Shown here: piece after piece, positions 35,036 to 49,025 of the stretch | Position numbering within the stretch: the first letter of the stretch is position 1 | How the letters are laid out: each line of letters starts with the position of its first letter | Assembly (NCBI RefSeq): GCF_004010195.1 | Contig: NC_057752.1 | Span: forward strand, 14,872,203 to 14,936,202 | Origin: Chiloscyllium plagiosum | Taxonomy: Eukaryota | Reading direction: 5' to 3' | DNA length: 64,000 nt | Position numbers and translations under genes: made by a program | Notes under the pieces: model-generated | Database searches by the model: none | Seen by the model: only the letters and a program-made list of their open reading frames with translations | Told to the model about the DNA's origin: nothing

Positions 35036-37199
35036 TTTTTTTGTTCTTCAAAAATTCTCAGCACATGTTCATCACAGATTTGGATATATGTCATGGAGAG
35101 CAAGGTGCCGGAGCTCTGTAGAACTCCACTGAAAAAAGCCGCCACCTTGTCATAAAGCCACTCATTGACTGTTACACCATTTGTTTCCCACTACTGAAAA
35201 AATTTTGGATCAAGCCTGTCATTTCATTCTTGGATCCCATGCATTCTTTTCTGATTAGCATGTCGTGTGAAACCTTGTCAAAAGCTTTGCTAAAATAATC
35301 AGTATAGGTGACATCAAATGTGCTGTCCCATCATCTCTCCTTGCTACCTCCTCAGAAAACTCAATCAAGTGAGTCGAGCATGACCTTCCCTTGCTGAATC
35401 CATTCTGTGCTTGATTCATTGTAAAGACCATATTTTTAATACTCTGAATTTTTGATTGCAAACTGAAATGGGAAAGGAGCTGTTTTAAAAACCAAGGATT
35501 GACTGCACATTTTAGAAATGAGTATCCTGCCATTCCCTATAACTGTTAACAGAGCTGTTTGTTCAAGCAGTTGCCAAAGATGTAGTTACAGATGAGCAAG
35601 AGCAAAGGGGTGTGTATGAATGGAGTCAGCAATAATTAGTGATGTGGTGACCAGTTATAGATGACAAAGGCCTCCTGCCTGCCAATAATAATGTGATCGG
35701 TTCCTGGGTAGCTGAACAGCTTTGGGTGTAAATATTCTGGTAATAAGCCATTGGACCTCTGGAAAGGAAGGGGCTGTATTTTGCTTCAACAGTGAAAAGC
35801 ATCTCAAGCTTGAAGATAGGGGAAATAAATTGACTATCAATTGCTGTAAGCTGTGGCTTTTAATTAATATTTCATTCTCATCCTTCCTGACTCTAATATT
35901 TGCATAATCTCTCTCTTGTGAAGACTAATGCCAACTATTCAATAAGAACTTTGCCCATGTCTTCAGGCTTTTACTTCTGTGGTCTCCAATTGGCCCTACT
36001 CTTCGGCATCTTTTGGTTTGCTTACTCTTTTAGCACTAGTTGGTTGACTACAGTGGTAAAGTCCTGGGATCTAGAAACCAGACTCCATAATGAAGTGGAG
36101 ATGAGTGATTTTCTTTTGCAAAGGAAGAAAATACAATTATTATTTTATGCATGCTGGTTAATGTGCAGATCATTTTTAATTTGAAAGGCATTTTTTGAGT
36201 ATTTCTAATATCTTGCCCTTCTTCCAGTCATTTTCTCTGGTCTTTCACTTTTCCTTGATCCTTTTTTGCCAGATTTTGTAGGGTTTTTTTTCTAAGCTTT
36301 AATGTACAACTTGTAGGTCTGGGTTGAATACTACAGAGTCTCTGAAGAGTCGTACTGGACTCAAATTTAATTCTGTTTCCCTATCCACAGCTGTTGTTAG
36401 GCATGCTGAGTTTCTCCAGCATTCTTTGTGTCTTTCAGATTTCCAGCATCTGCATTGTTTTGCTTTCATTCACGTGTATACTTTCTGAAGTATCTTCCAT
36501 TCTATGCTACAGTTTAAGATTTTTCAGTAGTGATTGCGTTCGTAAAACACTAAATGTTTGGATGATCAGTGGTGTTTCAACACATTTCAATTCCTCTTTG
36601 TTTCTGGTGCTGAACTTGTCTTTTTTGTCATGATTGGCTGTACCACCAAAGTGAGCTGTTGGAAACCTACCTAATCAAACTCTCATTTATTATTTTTGAC
36701 CTTCTGCTTTGAAGATCTGTTAGCTTTGTTTCACTTTCCTTTCTCTTGCCTGATATTCTCTGAGAATAGAATCCAAAATGTAAAATTAAAATTTTGAAAT
36801 TGCTCCCATAGATTTCCCATTGGCTTGTTGCTTTTAAATATCATGAGTCATTGTAAACTAATTCCATCCACATTTGGAGCAAGGAGTGGGTGAATGACAT
36901 CAGCACAAAATTGTGAAGTTATCCCTGTATTTTTGCAAGGTAGAATTAAGTTAAAGATGCCTTACCACTGTCCTTACCTTCTCTCCCCATTACTTTGCTG
37001 CTTATTTTTTGCTGATACACTGGCAGCCAACCTGAAAAGTAATATTTTCTTCTATGGTTAATTGTTAAGTCCATATAAGATGTGGTCTAGCTCATAAGCA
37101 TACAATGTATGGTGCATGTACATTGATGAGGAGATTGAAGTACTGGCATCCTCCAAGAACATTACAAAGGAAATCTATGAGCCGTTTCTATGGTGCCAC

Positions 37200-39900
37200 A
37201 GATGCTGACGGTCACTTAATCATACAGCATTGAAACTGGCCCTTTGGCCCACCATGTCTGATGCTGACCAACAAGCACCAAACTACGCTCATCCTGTTTA
37301 TCTGCATTTGGTCCATAGCCTACTATGTCCTGGCATTTTAACTGGTTATCCAGATGCTTCTTCAATGTTGTGAGACTACCTGCCTCCAATACGCTCGGGC
37401 AGCGTGTTCCATATTCATATCACCCCTTGGATGAAAACGTCTCTCTTGGATCTCCCCTAAACCCTGACTTCTCACATTAAACTTATGTTGAACTCTGTCT
37501 ATGCTTCTCATAATTTTGTATACCTCAATCAGATCCCTCCTTAGCCACCTCTGCTCCAAGGGAAACAAAGCCAGCCTATCCATACTCTCCTCATAACTGA
37601 GAATTTTCATCCGAGGCAGCATCCTGGTGAAACTCCTCTGCACACACTCCAATCCAATCATATCCTTCTGAAAATGTGGCAACCAGAATTGCACACAGTG
37701 TTCCATCTGTGGCCAAACGAATGTTTTATATTCAAGAGTGTGGTGCTGGAAAGGTACAGCAGGCCAGGCAGCATCCGAGGAGCAGGGAAATCGATATTTT
37801 GGACAAAAGCCCTTCATCAGCAATGAAGCCCTTCCTGATGAAAGGCTTTTGTCCAAAACATCGATTTTCCTGCTGTACTTTTCCAGCACCACACTCTAGA
37901 TTTTAATCTCCAGTATCAGCAGTACTCAATTTTGCCTGAATGTTTTATATTCTCTGCCCAAGCTAATGAAGGCAAGCATCGCATATGCCTTGTTCACTAC
38001 CTTGTCTACCTGTGCTGACACCTTCAGGGATCTATGGACTTGTACATCAAGTTCCCTTTGTTTCTCAGTACTCATTGTGCATATCCTTCCCTTAGTAGAC
38101 CTTCCAAAATGCATCACCTTGCACTTATCAGGATTAAATTCCTCTTGCCATTGCTCTGTCCAATTTACTAGCCGATCAGTATCAGACCGCAGCTTGAAAC
38201 CATCCTCCTCAGTATCAACAAGAAACACCAACTTTTCTGTCATCTGCAAACTTGCTAATTAAACCTTCTCCATTCACATCCATGTGATTAATTAATGTAC
38301 ATTACAAACAGCAAGGGCACAGCACCAATTCCTGTGGTCCAGTGCTGGTCACAGGCTTCCAATCACAGAAACAAACGTCCATCATCACCCTTTACCTCCT
38401 ATTTGTGCACCGGTTTTGGATTCCGTTTACCAATTTGTCATGGGCTGTTACTTTCTGGACCTTGTCAAACGCCTAATTAAAATCCGTGCAAACTGCACCA
38501 ACTGGATTGCCCTCATCAATATATTTAGTTGCCTTTTCAAAAAACTCAATTAAATTAGTCAGACACTACCTTTCTGTAGCAAATGTGTGCTGACTATCCC
38601 TGATCAATCCCTGCCTTTCCAGTATTGATTAACCCTGTCCTTCAGAATTTTTCCAATAATTTCTCCACCACTGACATCAGACGAACTGGTCTGTGATTAC
38701 CTAGCCTATCCCTTGAACAAAGGAAACACATTAGCTGTCCTCCAGTTGTCTGACGCTTCATCCTTGGCAAGCAAAGTATTAAATATATCTGCCAGGACCC
38801 CAGCAATCTCCTTCCTTGCCTCCCACAGTAGTCTGGGATACATCTCATTAAGCCCTGGGGATTTGTGCATCTTTATGCCTGCTAAAAAATTTTAAAACCT
38901 CCTCCTGAACATCTTAACTTATTCTGGAACCTCACCATCTCATCTGAAATCCCAGGTTACAATGTCTTTCTCCTTTGTGAATGCAGATGAGAAATCTTCA
39001 TTTCAGATCTCACCCACACATAGGTTGCACCTTTGATCTTTCACAGGTCCTACTCTTTTCCTGGTAAACCTCTTACTCTTAATAAACTAATAAAATGCCA
39101 TAGGGCTTTACTTAATCCCATCTGCCGAAGATATTTTATGGTCCCCACCCTTGCCCCCCTAATTTCTTTTTTAAGAAGTTGTATCGTCGATCCATTTGCA
39201 ATAAGGCTATACGCCTTCTTAATTGTCGCATCTAAGTGCTATCTCATAGAGTCAGCGAGATGTACAGCACGGAAACAGACCCTTCGGTCCAACTTGTCCA
39301 TGCTGATCAGATATCCTAACCTAATGAAGTCCCATTTGCCAGCACTTGGGACTTCATCCCTCCAAACTCTTCCTATTCATATACCCATCCAGATGCCTTT
39401 TAAATGTTGTAATTGTACCAGCCTCCACCACTTCCTCTGGCAGCCCATTCCATGCATGTACCACCCTCTGTGCCCCTAAGGTCCCTTTTATATCTTTCCC
39501 CTCTCACTCTAAAACTATGCCCTCTAGTTCTGGACTCCCCCTCCCCAGGGAAAAGACCTTGTCTATTTATTCTATCCATGCCCCTCATGATTTTCTAAAT
39601 CTCTATAAGGTCACTCCTCAGCCTTCGATGCTCCAGGGAAAACATCCCAGCCTATTCAACCTCTCCCTATAGCTCAAATCTTCCAACCCTGGCAACCCTT
39701 GCTAGGGTTGGAAGATTTGAGCTATAGGGAGAGGTTGTAAATCCTTTCAGAACGCTTTTAAGTTTCACAACATTCTTCCGATAGGAAGGAGACTGAAATT
39801 GCACACAATATTCCTAAAGTGGCCTAACCAATGTCCTGTACAGCTGCAATAAGACCTCCTGAACAATGCAGTATACTTGCCGTCCTTTCTATATCCAAGA
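37200..39900 (-). mobile_element. CR1 LINE fragments (37200-39200 and a younger one at ~39245-39860)
   Basis: ORFs 37362..37892, 37926..38249, 38642..38848 and 39400..39588 are CR1 RT pieces. Confidence 0.88.
37734..37937. mobile_element. Fold-back PLE terminal fragment with a head-to-head hammerhead pair
   Basis: 15-bp TSD gaatgttttatattc (37719-37733 / 37938-37952). Confidence 0.85.
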
Positions 39901-40139
39901 GTCCATCGCATGTGTGGAGAAACTATCCTTGATATCAGAACTAAACTCTTCTCATATCCTAATTTACACCAATCTCACTGATCACTCCTTGTGCTTCCTG
40001 ATCTACATTGGCTCTAGTCCAAATTTTTAAAGTTCTCATCCTTGCATTAATTTTCTTTTGTGCACTCCCCCTTCCCTATGTTTGTAATCATTTCAAAACT
40101 GATTCAAATATAAGGAATTGTTCTGAAAAGCTACAGCTT

Positions 40140-40440
40140 ACACCAATGCAGCAGACATTTTGCACCAGAAAAATTCACAAGTAGGAGTGACGTGTGAATA
40201 ATTAATTGGCTTTTTATTTTGGTGTTACTGTTTAGGGGAAATTTGGTCACTGGATTAAAATAACTTGCTGCTCTTCCATTAGCATCATGGTATCTTTTAT
40301 ATTCACCTGACCCCTGGGGCAGGTGGGTGTCAGCAAATTAGCATCTTATCTGAAGGACAGCACAAGCAACAAATGCAGCACTTTCTTGTGCTCCCAATGA
40401 AATGTGAGGCTAGATCATGTGCTCAAACCTTGGTATGCAG
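40140..40440 (-). mobile_element. Degenerate Deu-domain SINE-like relic
   Basis: Reverse-strand similarity to the Deu core as I recall it (atctgaaggacagcac...; tggtatcttttatattcacctga). Confidence 0.5.
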
Positions 40441-41089
40441 ATGTTAAATTCCTTTTCAAAACAAAATGGGTAAGGTGATCAAGTGTCATGTATTGCAAGT
40501 AGGAAGGAAAAATAAAACAACTTGTGTACTTCAAGGATGGTGTGCACATTGGGTAGAGTGAATCTGGAGGAGACCTTGGAGCCTCCGTAAATTCAGAGTA
40601 GCAATTAACAAAGACATTGGAATGTTGATATAATGAACAAATGGTAAAGTGAAAATCAATACTGGGCCAGTGAGAAAAGGGTGGTGGAGTGGAACAAACT
40701 GAATTGCTCGTGCAGAGTGCCAGCACAGCCCTGATTGACTGACTGAATAGCCTCCTTTGTGCTATAAGCCTGACATAATTCTTTGAGCCAAGAAGCTGCA
40801 AGACTGTGTAAATTGTAGTGAGGTAATGTGTGAGAACACCACCACCTGCAAGTTCCCTTCCCTTTCAGGTGTGATATCCTCATGATTTGGAACTATATTA
40901 CCACTGTTACTGGACCTTCGCAAACAGCAATGTGTGTGTGCCTGTACCACATGGACTGCAGCAATTCAAGAACATAGGATCAGGTGTAAGCTATTCAGCT
41001 CGTCAAGCCCATTTCACCATTCATTTAGATCATCACTGATTATTTATCACAAAACCACTTTTCTGAGCTATCTTCATATAGAAATGAAG

Positions 41090-42950
41090 CAATTCGGAGA
41101 AGTATGCCATTTGGTCCTTCAAGCATATTTAATGTGATCATGGCTGATCCTCTACCTCATTGTCATATTCCCGCTTTCTCCCCGTACCCGCTGATGCCTT
41201 TAAAAGCTAAAATTTTATCTACCTCCTCCTTGAATATATTGAGTGACTTGGCCTCTGCAGCCTTCAGTGGTAGAAAATTGTACAGGGTTCATTACCCATT
41301 TTTCCTCGTCTCAAATTGTAAATGGTCTATTCTGTATCCTGAGACTATGTCCCCTGATTCCAGACTCCCCCACCAGGAAACATTTACCCTACATTTAGTC
41401 TGCCCAGCCATGTTAGGATTTAGCTGTTTCAATCAGATCCCTTCTCATCCTTCTAATCTTTAATGAATGCAAGGCCAGTGGCAAGTCTGTCCTCTCTTAA
41501 GTACAGAGATTAAAATAGCTCAAAGTGCACCAGTTCTCGTCTCACTAAGGCACTGTATAACCTCAGTAAAACATAGGCGAAAGTGAGGACTGCAGATGCT
41601 GGAGATCAGAGTCTAGAGTCTGGTGCTGGAAAAGCACAGCGGGTCAGGCAGCATCCAAGGAGCAGGAGAATCGATGTTTCGGGCAAAAGCCCTTCATCAG
41701 CCCTTCAGTAAAACATTCCTACTTCTGAACTCCAATCCTCTTGCAATGAAGGCCAGTATACCAGTTGCCTTTATATTTACTTGTTGCACATGTCTGTTCA
41801 CTTTTGTTGACTGATGTGAAAGGACATCCAGATCCTATTGTATATCCACACTTCCTAGTATCTCACCATTTAAATAATAATCTTCCTTTCTGCTTGTCAA
41901 ACTGAAGTTTATAACTTTGTGTTTATCCACGTTGTACTGTGTCTGCCATGTATTTGCCCACTCGCTCAACTTAGCTAAATCACCTTGAAACCTTGCTGCA
42001 TATGCCTGACAACTCAATCCTGCCCAGTCATATTGTCAGAATACTTGGAAACGTTGCATTTGGTTCCCTCATCCAGGTCATTTACATGTAACATGAATAG
42101 CTGGGGTCCAAGCAGTGATCCTTGCAGTACCCCACCAGTCACTCCTTGCTACTCAGGAAAAAAAAGCCATTTATTCCCACGCTCTGTTTTTGGTCAATTC
42201 AATCAATTCTTGATCCATGCTAATCGCATGTGCTTTAACTTTGTCCAATAACCTCTTATGAGGAATCTTATCAAAAGCCTTCTGAAAATCCAAATACTGC
42301 TTCTGCATTCTCTATTCTTCTGGTTATATCCTTTAAAATAAATCCAGTATATTTGTTAAGCATGGTTTGCCTATCGTAAAGCCATGCTGGCTTTGTCCAA
42401 TCCAGTTTATTCCTTCCAAATTTTCTGTTATCTTAACTTTTAATATAGACTTTAACACTTTCCACACTACTGATGTTATGTTAGCGTGTCTGAACTTCTG
42501 TTTTTTTTCTCTTCCTCTGTTTTTAAATAGTGGGGTTACATTGCCACCCTCTGTAGAAACTTCTCCAGAGTAGAGAGAATTTTCGTAGATGACCACCAAT
42601 GCAGCCAGTCTGTCCAAGGCCATCTTGTTTCGTGCTCTGGGACGTAGACTATCAGATCCTAGTGATTTGTCAGCTTTTAACCCCATTTATTTCCTCAGTA
42701 CCATTTACTTACTCATACTGATTTCCTTCAATTCCACCCTCTCACTAGACCCTTAGTTCCCAAACATTTTTTTGGGATGTTATCTGTGCCCTGTTTTTTT
42801 TTTGAAAGATTGAACCAAAGTATGTGTTCACTTCTTTTGCCATTTCTTTGTTCTTCATTATAATTTCCTTGGCTTCTGACTACACAGGACCGATGTTTGT
42901 TTTAATTAATCTAATCTTCATATCATCGGTTTCTTTAAAAAATTGATTTG
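41090..42950 (-). mobile_element. Old CR1 LINE with a nested solo PLE terminus (41575-41704)
   Basis: ORFs 41835..42017 and 42333..42686 (QSQHGFTIGKPCLTN); PLE TSD tcagtaaaacat (41563-41574 / 41705-41716). Confidence 0.85.
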
Positions 42951-43936
42951 TGTCTTGAACTGGCCACCTTCTTGAGGCCAATTATGGATGAATAAATGTT
43001 CTGGTCCACTAGCAATGCCCACATCCCAAGAATTATTATTTTTTAATTCTCTTGGGTGGGTGAGTAAAGCAATGGGGACTTGAACATTTGTATTTTTTAT
43101 GTTAGGCCCACTTGAATAATTAGATGAAAACTGTTGCCATGCTGGAAGCATACTCACTTTGGGGGACCATGTTAATTTTCTAGGATTTTTCCATTTCCAA
43201 AAATCAAGCCATCCAATGGCAAGAGAGGCTTTTATGGTTTACGTTTTGTCTGAATATAAATGTTTACAGCTGGTTTTGTGTTTTGGTTATAAGCAGACTT
43301 AATCAGTGTGTTGTGTTTGGCTAAAGTATTCCATGAAAAGAAAAATATGCATGGCAATGAAAGACTATTTGCATGGCTTTAAATATTTATATTTTAATTC
43401 TGAACGGCTGCTGAATGCACACCAGGTTGAAACTGTAGCTGGCATTTAAACCAGCTATTTAGAACCACAATGGGAATGTTTTACACACGCATGTTGAATA
43501 TCTATACATATGTTGAACATGTATAGGATGAGGGAGAATAATTACTGCTGGATATCTGAAGCATAGGTTTCCAGATCAGCTAGAAACCTTTATAATGTTG
43601 CATCTCAAATGTTGAACCTGTCTGTCAGGTACTTACTCTGGTCTTCTCTGCTCATAGCGTTAGCTTTCTTTAGGATGAACATCTGGGAGGCAACTTTTAC
43701 TCAAAGCAATTGCCTGACCACAAAGTTGAGTGTCTGACAAAATTCCAATGTTACTGCTCAACTCAGTCAGGTTAGACAGGGCAGTCATTGGCAGAGGCAT
43801 CATGTACCTGCTCTGAAAGGATACTTGTACGTTATTGTGCCATTATCAACCAATGCTTTGTAATAGTGCTATATTCCAAAGAAATAACTACATTTAAAGA
43901 GAATTCAAATCCACACTTTTATGTGAGAGCTTTATT

Positions 43937-44257
43937 TTAGATTATATTTAGATTAGATTACAGTGTGGAAACAGGCCCTTCGGCCCAACAAGTCCACACC
44001 GACCCGCCGAAGCGAAACCCACCCATACCCCTACATTTACCCCTTATCTAACACTACGGGCAATTTAGTATGGCCAATTCACCTGACCCTGCACATCTTT
44101 GGACTGTGGGAGGAAACCGGAGCACCCGGAGGAAACCCACGCAGACACGGGGAGAACGTGCAAACTCCACACAGTCAGTCGCCTGAGTCGGGAAATGAAC
44201 CCGGGTCTCTGGCGCTGCGAGGCAGCAGTGCTAACCACTGTGCCACCGTGCCGCCCA
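43937..44257 (-). mobile_element. HE1 SINE (young)
   Basis: Full length with (tagat)n tail. Confidence 0.93.
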
Positions 44258-44769
44258 CTAGCTGCCACGTGCCACGTGCTATAAAATTTAGTTAGCCACG
44301 TGCTATAAAATTCTCATCCTACTGATTACTAGTTACCCATTTTTAATTCAAACCTAGTTAGCATGTCCATCATTGGTACCCTCATTCCATCAGGTCTTTC
44401 ACACCATATTAGATTATAACAGTGTCACCATTAAGATATGATCAATGAGGCAAACTCTGTTAAACAGCTTTGATTCTCCACTAGTTTGTGCTGCTTCTTT
44501 CAAGGCCAATTTGCCTGAATTACAGAAGCAGATCAAATTATCACGTGATTTTAAGCACAAATTATATTCAGCACAACTTCTATTTCTGGAATCAAGTTAG
44601 TTAACAAACATCACACTCCCTGATCGAATTTGTTGTGATTTATCACGAATGGCACCTGCTTGCAAACCTTTTGGGAAACTCTATAAATTTCTTTTGTGAA
44701 CACGAGGACACTTAATAGTTATCGTTTAATATAGCTACTCAGGAACTGATTACTGTACACCAATATCTG

Positions 44770-45945
44770 TATAGAGTTGTACAGCATGGAAACAGACCCT
44801 TTGGACCAACTCGTCCATGCTGACCAAATATTCAAAATTAATCTAGTCCCATTTGCCAGCAGTTGGCCCATATCCCTCTCAGCCCTTCCTATCAGAATAC
44901 CCATCCAGATGCCTTTTAAATGTTGTAATTCTACCAGCCTCCACCACTTCCTCTGGCAGCTCATTCCTTACATGCACCACCCTCTGTATGACAAAGTTGC
45001 CCCTTAGGTACCTTTTAAAACTTTCCCTTCTCACCTTAACCCTATGCCCTCTCATTTGGACTCCCCCACCCCAAGGAAAGGACTTTAGGTATTCACCCTA
45101 TCTACGGCCCTTATGATTTTATAAACCTCAATAAGGTCACCCCTCAGTCTCCAAGGCTCCAGGGTAAACAGCTCCATTCTATTCAGCCTTTCCCTATAGA
45201 TCACACCCTCCAACCCTGGGAACATCCTTATAAATCTTTTCTGAGCCCTTTCAAGTTTCAAAACATTCTTGCAATAAGAAGGGGACCACAGTTGCATGCA
45301 GTATTCCAAAAGTGGCCTAACCGATGTCCTGTACAGCTGCAACATTACCTCCTAACTCCAATACTCAGTGCTGTGAATAATAAAGGAAAGCATACCAAAT
45401 GCTGCCTTAACTATCCTATCTACCTGCGACTCCACTTTCAAGGAGTAATGAACGTGCACTCCAAGGTCTCTTTGTTCAGCAACACTCCCCAGGACCTCTC
45501 CATTAAGTGCGTAAGTCCTGTCCTGATTTGCCTTTCCAAAACGCAGCACTTCACACTTATCTAAATTAAACTCTATCTGCCATTCCTCAGCCCATTGGCC
45601 CATCTGATCAAGATCCTGTTGTTCTCTGAAGTAATCTTCGCTGTCCACTACGCCTCCAAGTTTGGTGTCATCTGCAAGCTTACTAACCATATCTCCTGTG
45701 TTCACATCCAAATCATTTATATAAATGACAAAAAGCATTGGACTCTGCACTGATACTTGTGGCACACCACTGGTTACAGGCCTCCAGTCTGAAAAGCAAC
45801 TCTCCACCACCACCCTAGGTCTTCTACCTTCGAACCAGTTCTGTATCCAAATGGCTAGTTCTCACTGTGTTCCATGTGATCTAACTTTGCTAACCAGTCT
45901 ACCATGTGGAACCTTGTTGAACGCCTTACTAAAGTCCACATAGGG
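44770..45945 (-). mobile_element. CR1 LINE RT 3' half
   Basis: ORF 45352..45813 (SGVPQ, YINDLD, LADDTK) and 45085..45345. Confidence 0.93.
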
Positions 45946-47039
45946 ATACTACGGAGCAGAGCTTGTGTTGGGAGCCAAAGATAATGGCTTCAGAATTTCC
46001 AATATATAGCTAGAGAGAGTTTCTGCTCATTCAAGCCTGAATGTTGGATAATCAGTGGAGGTTGTGGTAGTAAGGTGAAGCTGCTTGCTGTCAGTGTAAA
46101 TGTGGAAACTGACATTGTGCTTTCAGGTGGTGTCAGTAAGGGATAGGATGTTGAGAAATGGAAGGGGCCTCAAGGATAGAAGTTCAGAAATTGTCCCCTG
46201 GAAATGAGCTTAGAGGCATGGTTGTTAAAGTTAACCAAACATGAGATTATTTGCCCAATTATGTGCCACCTTCTTGCTGACGTAGTCAAATAGTCTCTCC
46301 TGCTCCCTCCAGTAACTTGAAGCACTAGGTTACTATGGAAAGGATCAACCCGGCCATAACGTGGATTGCAATGGCAGCACAGAACTTACAGGTTATGAAC
46401 CCTTAGAGGTAAATGCAGGAGTAGGCCATTTGGCCCTTGAAATCTGTTCCTATCCCTTGTAACTCTTGTCAATCAAAAATCTCTCTACTTCACATTTAAA
46501 TTCATTCAATGACAGCTTCCACAGTTAAAAGCAAAGTTCAACAGAGGCTCAAAACCAATGCTGACAAAATCCAGTAGATCTGGCAGCATCTGTGGATGCT
46601 GTGGAGAGAGAAACAAAGTGAATGTTTCAAGTCCAGTATAATTGTTCTTCAGAAGTTTGTTCTTTCATTTCATTCCCAGATTATTTTAATGTCTTGTACT
46701 ATGAAAACATAAAGCAGATTTATTCAAAGTTTCTGCGATCTTCTTCTTTTCCAATTCCTATTCTTAATTTTTCCAGTCTCGAAAGTACAGATATCTAATA
46801 TGTTCTTTTATTCTTGTTGTGTACTCCTAGAAGTTCTTACTGGTTTTTTTTATTTCTTGCCAGTCTGAATGTATTTATTACTTCATTAATCTATTTTCTG
46901 TTTCTTACTTTCAATCAACCTTTGCTGATTTCTAAAATATTTCCAATCTGCCGGCTAAATACTATTCTTCACGGCATTTAGAAGCCTTTTCATTCAATTT
47001 GATTAATGTTTAGTTAAGCACAGACAGCCTATTCTCCAA

Positions 47040-47363
47040 TTAGATTAGATTAGATTAGATTAGATTAGATTAGATTACTTACAGTGTGGAAACAGGCCCT
47101 TCGGCCCAACAAGTCCACACCGCCCCGCCGAAGCGCAACCCACCCATACCCCTACCTAACACTACGGGCAATTTAGCATGGCCAATTCACCTGACCTGCA
47201 CGTCTTTGGACTGTGGGAGGAAACCGGAGCACCCGGAGGAAACCCACACAGACACGGGGAGAACGTGCAAACTCCACACAGTCAGTCGCCTGAGGCGGGA
47301 ATTGAACCTGGGTCTCTAGCGCTGTGAGGCAGCAGTGCTAACCACTGTGCCACCGTGACGCCC
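47040..47363 (-). mobile_element. HE1 SINE (young), (TAGAT)7 tail
   Basis: Full-length structure. Confidence 0.93.
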
Positions 47364-48735
47364 AATCTGTTTCATGTTGCATTGTTCAATCTATATGAAG
47401 GTTGAAGGGGTTCAGAATTATTGCAAGATATTTCTTGCAAGCCTCTTTTATTTTTGATTGCTAGACTGCATTTCTGTGTGGGGACGTCAGGCTACTCTCA
47501 CTAGTGGCTTCTTTCCCTTGCCATTTCTGATCTCCATCCAAACTCATTCAAGGTGTGAGCTTCTACGTCAAAATCATTTTTCTCAACTGTACTGATCTTA
47601 TTCTTTACTAATAGAGGTATCCCACCTCCTTAACCCCTCAGTTAAGGATTCAGTGATAATATGAGTCTCATTAGAAGGTTCAGCACTATCTTCTGCCATC
47701 CAGATTGTATGTCCTGTGTTGTTTGTTCCCTCACAGATTCTCAGGGCAAGGATATTATGGACAGGTTAGAAAACATCTTGGAACTCGAGCAAGAGAGGTA
47801 TGGGAACCAAGGATGTAGTGAAGGAAAAAACTAACATTCAGGAAAATTGAGAGAGGTTAAGCAGCAGAACCTCCGAGATGGTAATCTTTGGAGACTCATC
47901 ACCTAATTGATAAGTATGTCGGAAGATTCAAGCACTCTGAAGTGTGGTTTACAGGGCTGGTGTGAGGAAGTAGTGGTGTTAAGGCATTGCAGTGGCTCTG
48001 GGGATAGTATGAGTTATTCCACAGGATGGGGTCCAGCTGAACAGAAAGGGGACTAACAAAATAAATATTCTGAATAAAAGTAACAGGAAAAGTCAAAGCA
48101 ATCAATAAGCTAAATTCAATCGTGTAGAAACTGATGAGATAAATGTAAGGAAATAGCTCTACAAAAGGAGCTTGCATTCAGGAGGAATAGAGATGGAAAA
48201 TCAAATCAGTCTGTCCTAAGCAAGAAGAAGACCAGGAATAAGATGTTCCCTTGCGCAAAATTCTCAAGGGAAAAGGAGTAGCTTTAAATGTAAACTTGAA
48301 AAAGACAAAAGGCCTGTATTGCAAGATTCCTGAGTGTGGGAAGTAAACAGGGGGCGTTAGAACTAGTGATGTCACAAGAAGATATAGATTGTACAACACG
48401 AACAGAAACTTGGCTCCAAACTGAGCAGGAATGAAAAATAAACACGTTGGGTGTGATTTTTCTTTTAGGAGGGCCAGAATAGTTAAAAGCGGAGGAGTGA
48501 CAGTATTACATAATATAAAACTCCCAATTGTGGAAGAGGTCAGAAGGAGTGGGGAGATGAGTGAATAATAAAATTATTGTTTTAGATTTTAATTATCCTC
48601 TGACATAGGGCCTGAGTAAACAGAACAAAGAAGATGGAATCCCTGCAATGTGTGCAGGCTCCCTTCTTCGATCGGTATGTCTGTATGAAGATAAAGGGAT
48701 CAGCATCACTCAGTTTAGTTATGAGTAATGAAATG

Positions 48736-49025
48736 GATTAGATTACTTACAGTTTGGAAACAGGCTCTTCAGTCCAACAAGTCCACACTGGCGCAACCCA
48801 CCCAGACCCTATTTCACCTAACACTACGGGCAATTTAGCATGGCCAATTCACCTAATCTGCACATTTTTAGACTGTGGGGGGGAAACCGGAGCACCCGGA
48901 GGAAACCCACACAGACATGGGGAGAATGTGCAAACTCCACACAGTCAGTCGCCTGAGGTGGGAATTGAACCTGGGTCTCTGGCACTGTGAGGCAGCAGTG
49001 CTAACCACTGTGCCACTGTGCTGTC
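48736..49025 (-). mobile_element. HE1 SINE
   Basis: Full-length structure. Confidence 0.9.

Noticed and set aside
43637..43812. Minus-strand coding exon (MMPLPMTALSNL...)
   Set aside because: The frame terminates at TAA before the gtaagt donor.
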